Below are positions 26,996 to 37,399 of a DNA stretch of 61,095 nt, in pieces (the stretch's first letter is position 1; each line of letters begins with the position of its first letter). A program made the position numbers and the translations under genes. Source of the DNA: a virus (taxonomy: Duplodnaviria; Caudoviricetes); the IMG/VR virus record IMGVR_UViG_3300046788_000030, positions 1 to 61,095 of that record; one strand, given 5' to 3'. The notes under the pieces were generated by a model. It did not search any database. It saw only the letters and a list, made by a program, of their open reading frames with translations, and was not told the DNA's origin.

Positions 26996-29685
26996 TGCGC
27001 GTCGCTTTCTCGGGTAACGTCGAGGAAGCAAGGGCATTGTTGGGGAAGGCGCAGCAGGAGCTATTCCGGCTCAAGCAGCGTATGACCCTGCGTGGTGACG
27101 CGCAGGGTTCTTTCCACATGCAGCTTTCTCCCCTCGCATCGGTCAGCATGCAGGTGCTGCCCAATGGCATCGAGCAGATCTTCATCGATGTGCGTCCGGT
27201 CCCAGCCCCGGCAGGAGGAGAGCCGCCCCCTGTTGTCGAACAATATCCTAGCCCCTATTTCGAGTTCTTCACGTCTGGCAAGCCGGTCATGACGCAGACT
27301 ATATCGCAGGGCAATGTAACTGCCAGTAATGTCTACAAGGCAGCAGTGGTCAGCGTGTTCTTCGATGGCAAGAAAGTTGGTGCAGAGATACTGGGCGGGG
27401 CGAGGATGGAAAACACCGCCGAAAAATCGTATCTGGAACGTGCGCACCAGATCAACTTGGGTGATGAACCGGTTGTAGCAAGGTCATTTCCAAAGGTACT
27501 TGAGGATGGCAAGTTGGAACGTACCAAGCAGTTCGGTGAATACAAGAAGATTCTGTACGAGTCGTGGTCGCCGGGACATGCATTCACTGGTGTATTCACT
27601 CGTGGTTACAACACGGCAGGTAACGGATTTGCCATTTATGACACACGTGGATCATTCGACGTAGAGACGGTGCGTGACGTTGGCTTCGACGTGCCGTGGG
27701 TCGACAGTGAGGGGGTGGCTCCGGTACGCACTGTATTCATCCAGAACGATGCGGATTGGCCGCGTGCGTCAGGTGTGCAGATCGTCAAGAGCAAGTTTGG
27801 TGATCGTGAGTTCGCTCTGTACTTCGATGCCTTCGATCAGGTGTCGGTGTTCCCTACGTCGGCCATCGAGCCGCTGCATCAAGATCCATACGAGCAGAAC
27901 GTGCCGGTGGATCATGTGATCACACGGAAGATTCCACTGCCGGGATGGGTGTTCCAGAAGTCGATGAAGTTCAGGGATTTCTACAACATCTCTGGCGGTG
28001 ACATTGGCACGACTGACTTTCCGGAACTGGACTGGAAGATGCATCCGGATGGCACCAAGGCGTGTTCGGTCGTCATCGAGCGGCAGGCAGCGATTTTCGA
28101 TGATGCGTACTTTACCGACAATGTAGGAACCAATCCGCAGGATGCGGCAGGGTTCAAGACATGGTGTGATGAACACACCGGGTTTGCTGCGCGGCATCAG
28201 ATGGTTATCGATCCCGACCATTTGCCGCAACGTTATCTCATGGGTGTGGGGTTATTGGAGATCACACTCGACATAGCTATTGTCGGGCCGGATACCAAGA
28301 ATTTCACTTTCGGTATTACGGTCACCGAAGTGAGGCGACCGATTACCAGTCCTTACTGCCCCATCGTGGCGGGTTATGTCTGGTATGACATCGAGGCCAA
28401 ACAGGAGGAGGGTGCGACGGAGAAGACGTACATAGCGGATCGTGGGGACTTCATCTCGTTGGACATCGAGCGGTATTACCATCCCACGCTGGGTGGACGG
28501 GGCAGCTTCTATTCGTTGAAGAACCTGACCAAGAAGACCGAGATGTTCACGACCACCGCGTACACGCTGATTGATTACGATCTGCCCACCGCATCGTTTG
28601 TATTTGGTTTTGAGAATAATGAGGATGTGAAACGTACTATAAAACCACGGTTTGATGTTACTGGAAATGCTCCACCACATGAACGTACATTCACCATTAC
28701 TCACCAATGTGCATTGATATATATCTTCGGTAAGCTTAATATATTACTATTTCCAGATACTCTCCCACAAGCACAGCGTGACATCTTCATTGCTAATTCA
28801 ACGCTAGACATTCGTAAACAGGTTGGCGCACCTAACAGTGGTTGGGTGTACATGCCGATGAATGACATGCGTGACTGGCACAATGATCCGGAGTTGATGA
28901 ACCTGCGCCTGTGGTATTCCATCTGGTACAACTGGAAGACCGGGGCACCGCAGGACATCCATGACATTCCGCCGGAACTGAATAACTGGTGGGCATTGGG
29001 GATGCTGGTGTATTTTGTGCCCACGATGCTGTTGCAGATGACAGTGCCGCGTTTCGGCTGGTTCATCTACGACGACGAGATCGTGAACCGGTTGCAGGTC
29101 AGCCCACGGTCAGTGTTCTTCGTGCATCCATCGGGGACGTGGGCATTCTTCGATCAGCACCGGGTCTACAATTCGTACGGCATGGACTGGGAGGTAGGGC
29201 CGAATGCCTACGACGATACGCTGACACCGGCCATCAGTGACATGGTGCTGGAACACATGGTTTACGATTTTGTCCATCTGGAGCAAGAGCATGGTTCTGT
29301 CGACACCTCCTTTACAGCCCTGTATACCCAAGCCGTTACAACCGGAAAGGCGGCTGGCACTCTCAAGGAAGAGTTCCAGCCTGTCAGTCGAACAGATCTC
29401 AAGATTAAGTTCACTAAAGAAAGAGTTGCTGGCTCGGGCGGCATCGAATGGCTTCAGTTGAAATGTGACTGGTATCCAAATCCGCCGTTTTATTATTACG
29501 AGTTCGGATATCAGGGTGGGTCAGGGCAGCACGGTTACATGGTCGATGCCGGTGGCTTGATGGACATGACGCTAGGCTGCGTCGCCTATACCGGCCCGAT
29601 TTACGGTACGCCGATCTTCCATCCGATCTTGCGCAACACCCCAGTCACCTTTTCTTCTTGCGTGATGGTGACCAACAATGGCTGA
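26995..29685 (+). CDS. Tail-associated structural protein
   Basis: 896-aa ORF coupled to neighbours (TGATG overlap). Aromatic, beta-rich, in the tail cluster. Confidence 0.65.
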   Translation: MRVAFSGNVEEARALLGKAQQELFRLKQRMTLRGDAQGSFHMQLSPLASVSMQVLPNGIEQIFIDVRPVPAPAGGEPPPVVEQYPSPYFEFFTSGKPVMTQTISQGNVTASNVYKAAVVSVFFDGKKVGAEILGGARMENTAEKSYLERAHQINLGDEPVVARSFPKVLEDGKLERTKQFGEYKKILYESWSPGHAFTGVFTRGYNTAGNGFAIYDTRGSFDVETVRDVGFDVPWVDSEGVAPVRTVFIQNDADWPRASGVQIVKSKFGDREFALYFDAFDQVSVFPTSAIEPLHQDPYEQNVPVDHVITRKIPLPGWVFQKSMKFRDFYNISGGDIGTTDFPELDWKMHPDGTKACSVVIERQAAIFDDAYFTDNVGTNPQDAAGFKTWCDEHTGFAARHQMVIDPDHLPQRYLMGVGLLEITLDIAIVGPDTKNFTFGITVTEVRRPITSPYCPIVAGYVWYDIEAKQEEGATEKTYIADRGDFISLDIERYYHPTLGGRGSFYSLKNLTKKTEMFTTTAYTLIDYDLPTASFVFGFENNEDVKRTIKPRFDVTGNAPPHERTFTITHQCALIYIFGKLNILLFPDTLPQAQRDIFIANSTLDIRKQVGAPNSGWVYMPMNDMRDWHNDPELMNLRLWYSIWYNWKTGAPQDIHDIPPELNNWWALGMLVYFVPTMLLQMTVPRFGWFIYDDEIVNRLQVSPRSVFFVHPSGTWAFFDQHRVYNSYGMDWEVGPNAYDDTLTPAISDMVLEHMVYDFVHLEQEHGSVDTSFTALYTQAVTTGKAAGTLKEEFQPVSRTDLKIKFTKERVAGSGGIEWLQLKCDWYPNPPFYYYEFGYQGGSGQHGYMVDAGGLMDMTLGCVAYTGPIYGTPIFHPILRNTPVTFSSCVMVTNNG

Positions 29686-31219
29686 TTTCTTTGACAACTT
29701 CACGGTAGGTACTGGCACGCTATCCGGGCGTACCACAACTAGTGGCGGTACGTGGATACTCGATCAGCCTACCGCATGGGAAGGGCAGACGCCATCAGCA
29801 CCGCTGACTGACCTGACGTTGGCTGCCGAGGGGATGCAGCAGACTTCAGCAGGATGGCAGGCTCGTGGCTATGTCGGGTTGAAGCCCAGTCAGCAGCCGA
29901 CAGGGTTTCCGTATGCCGCAGAGTTGAAGTTCATCGCCTTCAATCGTAATATTGACTGGTCGTTCTGGACCCGATTCGCCATAACCACTCTGGAAGGAGT
30001 CGGTGCCAATTCATGGATGGGTGCACGGGTATTGATCCGTGTTAATTACGACTCTGCCTATCCAACTGAACTTCCAGACGTTCCCATCGAGTTGGGTGGT
30101 GCTGCGAGTGATGGTAATTTTTATTGGGCAGAAGGAGGTACTGTTTATCCTGACACCGGACCTACGTCTTCGTTTATGGGTGTAGAACATGCAGTCAGGA
30201 TAGTGTTTTACAGTGACCGAATGGAAGCGTATTACGATGGGATACTAATAGGTACTCTTGATGATTTTAATGCTAAAACAAGATACCAATCCTTAACAGG
30301 CAATAGCAAGAACATCAGATGTGAAATTGGGGATTGGGGTAATTACCATACTGATCCTCACGGTCTGCAGTACACCTCGTTTCGCATTTACAACCCCAAC
30401 GCCGACTGGCTGAAGGCCGAGTTCAACGGCCCCAACACCCTGAACCTGTCCACGTATGTACCGGAAGTCAACACGCTGGTGATTCCACCGTGGCCTGCGG
30501 AGGGGAGAGGCAATGAGGGTATTTCAGTTCCTTTGAGCAGTTACCTGCTTACCGGTACCGGACAGGTTTATATCAATCCTGCTTATGACCAGAACATTCA
30601 AACTGACATTATGTCGTTGGCACCGGGGTCGCCACCTCCATCCAATGATTACTACCATGAAGTGGAGATCAATCTACCGTCAGTGGCAAGCTTGGGTGAT
30701 AGCTACAACCATTTATTGTATGTAGGGATTGCCAGCCGAGTAATACCTAGTTCGTATAATCCACCATACAGTGCTAATGCCTTGAACATGATGGTGGATT
30801 TTGATGTTTTTAATGGGGGGTGGCGATTCTATGCGGAGATGTGGGATTACCTGTATCTGGGCGAATCAATTGACTACGACGACTGGTGGGATTTTCCGGA
30901 ATTTGTTCTGGGTGCTAATGCGCAGACAGTGAAGTTGCGGGTGCAAGTGAAGGGACGGATGTGGAACTTCTGGGTGAATGGAGTCCAGCAGGCCAGTCAT
31001 GGCGTGAAGGATTTTTACTGGACCGGTGCATCGAGCCTCGATAGTGGTACTTGCAAGATGTCCATCAACATGGAGAACTATGGTAGTGGTCCTGTTGGGG
31101 TTGGACCACCGGGGATAAGGATCGAAGCCTACCGGGCCGGGGGTATCCTGCTGTTCACACCGCCACCTCCCGGCGCGTTCTGGACCGAATACCAAGCCTG
31201 TGCCGAGGTGCTGCCGTGA
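29678..31219 (+). CDS. Putative receptor-binding protein with two ConA/lectin-like domains and a C-terminal FWTE tag
   Basis: Domains begin DFFDNF..G.GTLSGRT and WLKAEFNGPNT.NLSTY.PEV. Ends PPPPGAFWTEYQACAEVLP. Confidence 0.6.
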   Translation: MADFFDNFTVGTGTLSGRTTTSGGTWILDQPTAWEGQTPSAPLTDLTLAAEGMQQTSAGWQARGYVGLKPSQQPTGFPYAAELKFIAFNRNIDWSFWTRFAITTLEGVGANSWMGARVLIRVNYDSAYPTELPDVPIELGGAASDGNFYWAEGGTVYPDTGPTSSFMGVEHAVRIVFYSDRMEAYYDGILIGTLDDFNAKTRYQSLTGNSKNIRCEIGDWGNYHTDPHGLQYTSFRIYNPNADWLKAEFNGPNTLNLSTYVPEVNTLVIPPWPAEGRGNEGISVPLSSYLLTGTGQVYINPAYDQNIQTDIMSLAPGSPPPSNDYYHEVEINLPSVASLGDSYNHLLYVGIASRVIPSSYNPPYSANALNMMVDFDVFNGGWRFYAEMWDYLYLGESIDYDDWWDFPEFVLGANAQTVKLRVQVKGRMWNFWVNGVQQASHGVKDFYWTGASSLDSGTCKMSINMENYGSGPVGVGPPGIRIEAYRAGGILLFTPPPPGAFWTEYQACAEVLP

Positions 31220-32871
31220 GTACGGTGCTGGCCGTCAATGCCGACTTCGTTGGTGTCGATGGCACCAAGGTCACCGATTACATCGATCTGCTGGGCAACC
31301 ACTTTTATGTTCCGTACTATGCGGAGAGTGGATACGTCGACATCAACTACACGTTGTCTGCAGGCAACCTGTCGGGGATCAATCCGCCATACTGGTCGCC
31401 GGGTGGTGGTGATGACCGCAATGCTTATGCTAATCTGATCATACCCGGTGCTGATGTAATTGTAGACGCTGCTGTTATTAACAGAGCGCCAGCTATTGGT
31501 TCGTTGTGGTTGATTGCTCGTTCAACTACCAAGTATGGAGATTGGTCTGGGCATTCCACACCTAATTTGGCAACCAGAGTATATGCACAGATAGATTTTA
31601 CATCTAGCAATGCCACTTTATATTTAGTTGACCAAGTGGCGGGGGTTTATGTCAACAGTGTAAATAAACAGATTTCTTCGGTTAATGGTGTCAGTTCAAC
31701 TTACCTACTTACCATTACAGGTAACGTTGCCAAGCTGACAGTTAACGGAGTCGATCAGTTGACGTTGACGGTCACCGTGCTGGCTGCTGGGTACGCAGGA
31801 TGGTCCGGTGCTGTTTGGGGTGGCGGCAATTTCCCCGGTGATACACAGTTGATGTATTTCAAAGTTACCTACGAAACTCCCGCTCCGACACCTGTTCCGT
31901 TCTGGACTGAATACACGGCTGTTACTGAGGCCGATGCCCTACCGGTGGGGCTGATCCGCGATGCTTCGTCTTTGATTGTTCCTGTGCAAGTGCCGCTGCG
32001 GCCCCCACGCGAGCCTGAACTGTCGCCGCTGCTGCGGGCACCGGGGCACCCTGCACGGCTGCTGGTACCTACCCCACCGGTCGAGCGTCAGCGCATCCCC
32101 CCACGCATCGTACCGGCCCTGCTGACCCCATCTCCGCGTGTCGTGGTCGAACCATATGTATTAACCGACTTCCTGCTCGACAACTTCAACGGCAGTGGAC
32201 TGCTGAGTGCCCATACGCCGGATGTGGGTCCGTCGTGGCGGGCGGGTACTGGGACTGCTGCTGATATGGTGGATTTTCAGCAGGCTACTGTATCAGGCGG
32301 CAAGGTACTTTACTTTGACAATAGTGGTCTTGGGAATGCTGGTGGCATGTATGCAATTAGTGGCGTGACCCCACCCAGTGTCGATTACTATGTCGAGGGC
32401 GTGTTTACAATTCTTGGTGGTCTTGCACATGCCTATTACGCCGATGTCTTTCTACGTGCAATTCAGGGAGGTGTAGATTTTCCATATTGGAGCAAGCAGT
32501 ATTCATTGGAGGTGCAAGTTAACGATCCGCCGACAGGAAACATGAAGGTCACGCTGTTCGGCTATCAGTCGTATGGCTTTCCGGGGTTCATCAGTCTGGG
32601 ATCAACCACGATGATCTTCGGTGATCAGACCAGCATCAAGATGCGGTTGGAAGCAGAAGGTACCAATATCCGTGCCTTCATCAATGACGTGAAGATATTC
32701 GATGTTGTTAATGCTGCTGTTACTGCGGCTGGTTCGTGTGGATTTTATCTTGTACCCTATACCGAATCAGCGAATTGCAACATTACCAGTTTCAAGGCAG
32801 GACCACTTGGGGTTGTTGTACCTCCTGCTTTCTGGACTGAAAATGTAGCTGCAACGGAGATCGACTCATGA
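31216..32871 (+). CDS. Putative receptor-binding protein with two lectin-like modules, each ending in an FWTE tag
   Basis: Module 1 ends PAPTPVPFWTEYTAVTE. Pro/Arg linker. Module 2 starts DFLLDNFNGSGLLSAHTPDVG.SW and ends PPAFWTENVAATE. Confidence 0.6.
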   Translation: MSTVLAVNADFVGVDGTKVTDYIDLLGNHFYVPYYAESGYVDINYTLSAGNLSGINPPYWSPGGGDDRNAYANLIIPGADVIVDAAVINRAPAIGSLWLIARSTTKYGDWSGHSTPNLATRVYAQIDFTSSNATLYLVDQVAGVYVNSVNKQISSVNGVSSTYLLTITGNVAKLTVNGVDQLTLTVTVLAAGYAGWSGAVWGGGNFPGDTQLMYFKVTYETPAPTPVPFWTEYTAVTEADALPVGLIRDASSLIVPVQVPLRPPREPELSPLLRAPGHPARLLVPTPPVERQRIPPRIVPALLTPSPRVVVEPYVLTDFLLDNFNGSGLLSAHTPDVGPSWRAGTGTAADMVDFQQATVSGGKVLYFDNSGLGNAGGMYAISGVTPPSVDYYVEGVFTILGGLAHAYYADVFLRAIQGGVDFPYWSKQYSLEVQVNDPPTGNMKVTLFGYQSYGFPGFISLGSTTMIFGDQTSIKMRLEAEGTNIRAFINDVKIFDVVNAAVTAAGSCGFYLVPYTESANCNITSFKAGPLGVVVPPAFWTENVAATEIDS

Positions 32872-35147
32872 TCAACAAACTGACCAAAGATCCACCGACC
32901 ATAGTCATCGACCAGTACGAGCAGCCGTACATACCGGCTATACCACCGACGCCACCAACGGCGGGTGGCTATGGTACGCCGTATACGGTCTGGGTCAACC
33001 ATCAGGTGTACTACATCATTCCCGGCGGGCTGGATGGGCTGGGTGTGTACCGGCCACCATCATTGGCACCCAATGGTTATGTGCTGGTGCCGGAGACGCG
33101 GCAGGATTACTACCCGCCGTCTCCGGGGACACCGGGAGTACCGGCCACTCCCTATTCGCCTGCAGTGACCCACACCGAAGGGGGTGATGGCTGGAACGCC
33201 GGGGCGCGGTCCATCGCCTCGATCTCGGCCAACGGCCAGTACAAGTTCTCTGTGCCCAGCGGTGTCGGCGGCGTCATCACCGGCTTTCAGGATGTTAACG
33301 TCGATGCCGGGTATGCCAACATCGAGCATGCACTGGAGTTTGCCAGTGGTCTCGTGCGGGTCATCGAGTCGGGGGTGGCTGTCACCAGTGCCGTGCCATA
33401 TGTCAGCACTGACGTGTTCGCTATGTCACGGATAGGCAAAGCAGTCCGTTACTACCAGAACAGCAAGCAGTTGTACTACTCTGCGAAGCCCAGCATCGGC
33501 ACCATCTTCATCGACTCGTCGTTGTACAAGTCCGATGACAGCATCATTGATGCATCCATTGCCACGGTTGTTGATAGCGACTTCACTGGCGATGCGGTGG
33601 AGTTGGGCACCTTCACTGAACAGATCCTGTTGCCTGAGTTCGTCATCGAACGCGGCAATGCAGTCGACAAGCAGGTACAGACGATTGGCCTCGCCACCGA
33701 GATCGCCGCCTTCACCGAATTCTTCCTGCTCGATGAGTCGGTGGTTGAACGGATGACGGCGACGCATTCTCATTCGACAGGCATTACCACCTACGTCGGC
33801 AACTCCGTCAACCCCCGTGACCCGACAGGGACAGGCCGGTCGGAGGTGATGACGGCCAAGGACAAGCATCAGGTGCCGGATCTGGTGGTCGAGTTCCAGA
33901 TGGTGCGGGCCACGTCGTTCGACATCATCAACACCGGCCAGAAGACCAGTACCAATGGCATCCCCGATGGCTATGCGGTGGAGGTGTGCATCACCCGTGA
34001 TCGTCTCTTCGATGCGGAGATGCTGACTGAACGTGCCACCGGCAGGGACGATCTGTCGGGGGTGGGCAAGACCGACGACGAAGTGCTGGAGGTGTTCTAC
34101 GCCGACGAGGATGTGAAGGTCGAGCGTGGCTATCTGGTGGTCGAGTCTGCCACCGTCAGTGAAGTCTTCTCCGTAGTCGGCAAGTTGAGCAACGCGGTGG
34201 TGGAGTCGGGGCTGGCCAGCAACCTGCTGCTGTCGTCACCGCAGACGTTGGTGGTCAATAACCTCAATGCATCGGTGGTAACGACATCGGCGATGACTGC
34301 CGGGTCGGGAGTGGTGGAGACGGCCACGGCATCGGTGGCGCTTGCTGCCACTGCCTTCATCTCCAACACCTATTCGGAACTGGGCATCTTCGACACTGCC
34401 TACCAGTTCGCTTTCACCAACAACGCCATCGACAATGGCACTGCAACGGACGCCAACCAGTCCGAATACATTCTCGGCAATAACGTGGTGACAACAGCTA
34501 CGGCGACGTTGCTGCACGCCTACGGTCAGGAGCAACTGATCGCGGAGTACGGGACCGGAGGTATTTCCCTGAGTGGTAGTGCTGTTACAACGCAACAGCC
34601 GCCAGTGATCGAGCATGGCTTCGGGGATGTGGTGGTGCAGGGGGGAGGGATGTGGGGCGCGTGGACGGCGCACTTGGAGACGTTCGCCATGTCGCGCTAC
34701 ACCGGCACGCCGTACCAGTCCATGGCGGTGGTCGACGGGGTGCTGCTGGGGGCGCACGAGGCAGGGGTGTCGCGGCTGGATGCCGACGACGATGAGGGCA
34801 AGCCCATCGATGCCTCGATAGTCCATGACTGGACCGACAAGGTGCTGGACCGCACCGGGGAGATGCGCTCCAGCGAGTACGTGAAGCACCCGCGCTTCCT
34901 GTACATCGGCGCGGAGACGGCGGGTGTGCTGACCTTCACGCTGGGCTACATCGGGCGTGGGGGCAACGAGGCATTTGCCAAATACCGGGTTCTGACCAAG
35001 AATACAGCCACCGCCACCAGCAGGGCTATCCTTGGCCGGGGCATCACCTCACGCTACTTGAAGCCTACGATCAGCAACGAGAACGGATCACAGTTCTTCA
35101 TCAATGATGCAACGTTGCTGGTAGATCAAACCATACGGAGAACATGA
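32868..35147 (+). CDS. Tail structural protein
   Basis: Pro-rich N-terminus, GWNAGARS domain, T/V/S-rich beta repeats, C-terminal W......A.SRY...Y.S...GRG..SRY domain. Confidence 0.7.
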   Translation: MINKLTKDPPTIVIDQYEQPYIPAIPPTPPTAGGYGTPYTVWVNHQVYYIIPGGLDGLGVYRPPSLAPNGYVLVPETRQDYYPPSPGTPGVPATPYSPAVTHTEGGDGWNAGARSIASISANGQYKFSVPSGVGGVITGFQDVNVDAGYANIEHALEFASGLVRVIESGVAVTSAVPYVSTDVFAMSRIGKAVRYYQNSKQLYYSAKPSIGTIFIDSSLYKSDDSIIDASIATVVDSDFTGDAVELGTFTEQILLPEFVIERGNAVDKQVQTIGLATEIAAFTEFFLLDESVVERMTATHSHSTGITTYVGNSVNPRDPTGTGRSEVMTAKDKHQVPDLVVEFQMVRATSFDIINTGQKTSTNGIPDGYAVEVCITRDRLFDAEMLTERATGRDDLSGVGKTDDEVLEVFYADEDVKVERGYLVVESATVSEVFSVVGKLSNAVVESGLASNLLLSSPQTLVVNNLNASVVTTSAMTAGSGVVETATASVALAATAFISNTYSELGIFDTAYQFAFTNNAIDNGTATDANQSEYILGNNVVTTATATLLHAYGQEQLIAEYGTGGISLSGSAVTTQQPPVIEHGFGDVVVQGGGMWGAWTAHLETFAMSRYTGTPYQSMAVVDGVLLGAHEAGVSRLDADDDEGKPIDASIVHDWTDKVLDRTGEMRSSEYVKHPRFLYIGAETAGVLTFTLGYIGRGGNEAFAKYRVLTKNTATATSRAILGRGITSRYLKPTISNENGSQFFINDATLLVDQTIRRT

Positions 35148-37099
35148 TGGCAGACCAACCCCCCGGCTTTGAATACTTCGATGTACCGGCAGCCGTCGTC
35201 ATCGAGAACATGAACGAGATGAACGACCGGGCCGATGCCGCCATCGCCCAGTGCATGGACGTGATCAAGGTGTTGGGGTCGGTGTCCATGCTGGACCCGA
35301 TGCCGTCGCCACCCAACATCGAACTGCCTGACATCGACGTGCCGCCAGTGGTGGTGCCGTCGCCACCGAAGCCGCAGATCTTCGGCGTCATCGATCCGTA
35401 CGATGATCCGGGGATGGATGAGTTCGCGATCACTGGCGACATGACGGTGGATGTGGGCGACGCACCCACGGTGACCTTCAACTTCCCGCAGACGCCGCCT
35501 GCCGTCGACACGTCGGGACAACCTACGCATCCGTCTTCGCACCCGGTGACGTATCCCAAGGAGCCATCGTGGACCGAGCCGCCGCTGCCACCGCTGATGA
35601 CACTGACAGTGCCGGTGTTCAGTGGTATCAAGGAGCCACTGTTCAAAGACTACATCCCCATCTTCTCGGCCACGCCGCCAGCAGGGCTGATGTACACGCC
35701 GGGTGAGTACGTCAGCACCCTGCTGGACAAGCTCAAGAACAAGATCTTCACCTTCCTCGATGGCGGCACCGGCATGCCCATCGCCATTCAGGATGCGTTG
35801 TTTCAGGCAGCGCGGCAGCGGGAGCAGCAGACCGCACTGGCTGCACAGCAGACGGCGTTCGATACGTGGGCGGGGCGTGGCTTCGGCATGCCGCCGGGGA
35901 TGCTGGTCGAGGTAGTGGAGTCGGCCTATGAGAAGAGCCGCTTCGCCGAGAACGCGCTGGAGCGCGACATCCTGTCCAAGTCGGCGCAGTGGGAGATCGA
36001 GAACCTGCGGCACTACGTGGCGCAGGGGGTGGCGCTGGAGAGCGCCCTGATGCAGATGTGGAACCAGATGGAGCAGCGGACGCTGGACGCAGCCAAGGCG
36101 CAGGCCGACATCGAGGTCGAGATCTACAAGCTGGCGGTGTCGCTGTACGAGATGCAGCAGAACGCACGCAAGATCAGTGCGGAGGTATACAAGGCGCAAT
36201 GGGAGGGAGAGGCTGCCAAGGTGGCGGCGTACAAGGCCCAGATCGACGCCGTGGTGGCGCAGGGGCAGTTGAACGAGCAGTACCTCAAGGTGTACCTTGG
36301 CATGTGGGAAGGGATCAAGGCAGAGGCACAGGTGTATGCCACGACCATGCAGGGTTCGCAGATCATGGCCGAGACCAACAAGATTGCTATCGAGGGGTAT
36401 GGTGCGGATGTGCAGGCGTGGCTGGGGGTACTGAAGGCACGCATGACGCCCATAGAGGTCTACACCGAGACGATGAAGGGCGAGGCCGTCAAGGCCACTG
36501 CACTGGAGTCGATGACCAAGGGCTTCGTGGCCACGGTGCAGGCACAGGAGATCGAGGCCAATGTGAAGATGAAGCAGATGGGCCTGCAACTGGAGAGCGT
36601 CAACTCATCGGTCAACAAGTATCAGGCGACGCTGAAGTTCATGAGTGATCATATACAGGCACAGCTTGCCAACATCCAAGCACAGGCAGCGGCCTTCAAC
36701 GCCGACACCGGGCGCTACAAGGAAGAGATCAGCGGCGAGAACCAGACTCGTGCCCTGACCATGCAGACGCAGGAGCAGCGGCTGCGCAACAACATCGAGT
36801 ATTACGGCACGCAGCTACGCGAGTTCGACGCCCTGCTGGCGCGGCAGATCGAGCGGGTGAAGATCATACTGGAAGCGTCGAAGAGCGCCGGTCAGATCGG
36901 CGCGTCGCTGGCTGCCGGGGCGATGTCGGCCATTCATGTGTCGTCGGCCATCAGTGGTCAAGGCAGCGTCGGTGCCCAGAACAACACCTCGATGCAACGG
37001 ACGATAGCCAGTCAGGTGTCTGCCGGTATTCAGGAGACGTACAGCTTCCAGAATCCGTCGGCGCAGGTGCCGCAGATCCCGATGCCGCAGTTGCCGTGA
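35144..37099 (+). CDS. Tail/virion protein with Pro-rich N-half and long coiled-coil C-half
   Basis: GG.G.P...Q.ALF..AR.RE, W.GRGF.MPPG and LAAGAMSA.HVS motifs. Last large gene of the structural arm. Confidence 0.7.
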   Translation: MMADQPPGFEYFDVPAAVVIENMNEMNDRADAAIAQCMDVIKVLGSVSMLDPMPSPPNIELPDIDVPPVVVPSPPKPQIFGVIDPYDDPGMDEFAITGDMTVDVGDAPTVTFNFPQTPPAVDTSGQPTHPSSHPVTYPKEPSWTEPPLPPLMTLTVPVFSGIKEPLFKDYIPIFSATPPAGLMYTPGEYVSTLLDKLKNKIFTFLDGGTGMPIAIQDALFQAARQREQQTALAAQQTAFDTWAGRGFGMPPGMLVEVVESAYEKSRFAENALERDILSKSAQWEIENLRHYVAQGVALESALMQMWNQMEQRTLDAAKAQADIEVEIYKLAVSLYEMQQNARKISAEVYKAQWEGEAAKVAAYKAQIDAVVAQGQLNEQYLKVYLGMWEGIKAEAQVYATTMQGSQIMAETNKIAIEGYGADVQAWLGVLKARMTPIEVYTETMKGEAVKATALESMTKGFVATVQAQEIEANVKMKQMGLQLESVNSSVNKYQATLKFMSDHIQAQLANIQAQAAAFNADTGRYKEEISGENQTRALTMQTQEQRLRNNIEYYGTQLREFDALLARQIERVKIILEASKSAGQIGASLAAGAMSAIHVSSAISGQGSVGAQNNTSMQRTIASQVSAGIQETYSFQNPSAQVPQIPMPQLP

Positions 37100-37105
37100 A
37101 CATGC

Positions 37106-37399
37106 ATGGAAGAGACGCCGAAAACCGGATTCAATTTTTTACTGATGGTAGAGGCGCTGGTTGCCATTGGTGTCGTCGTGGTTGGTGTACTCTGGTTCGC
37201 GGTCAGGTTGGAGAACCGGGTGACGGCTATTGAAACCCGGCTGCAAGAAGAGCAGCAACATCGGGACACTGGCAAGAGGGAAGAGCGCATCGACCGCATG
37301 GAGCAGGCACTGCAGGAGCAGGCGCGGATGCTGCAACGTATGGTACCGAATGCTGCGCCTCAAGTGCCTCTTCCGCGAACACCCAGATCCACGCCATGA
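37106..37399 (+). CDS. Small single-TM membrane protein (holin/XhlA-like candidate)
   Basis: Hydrophobic FLLMVEALVAIGVVVVGVLWFAV followed by coiled coil RLENRVTAIETRL. Confidence 0.55.
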   Translation: MEETPKTGFNFLLMVEALVAIGVVVVGVLWFAVRLENRVTAIETRLQEEQQHRDTGKREERIDRMEQALQEQARMLQRMVPNAAPQVPLPRTPRSTP

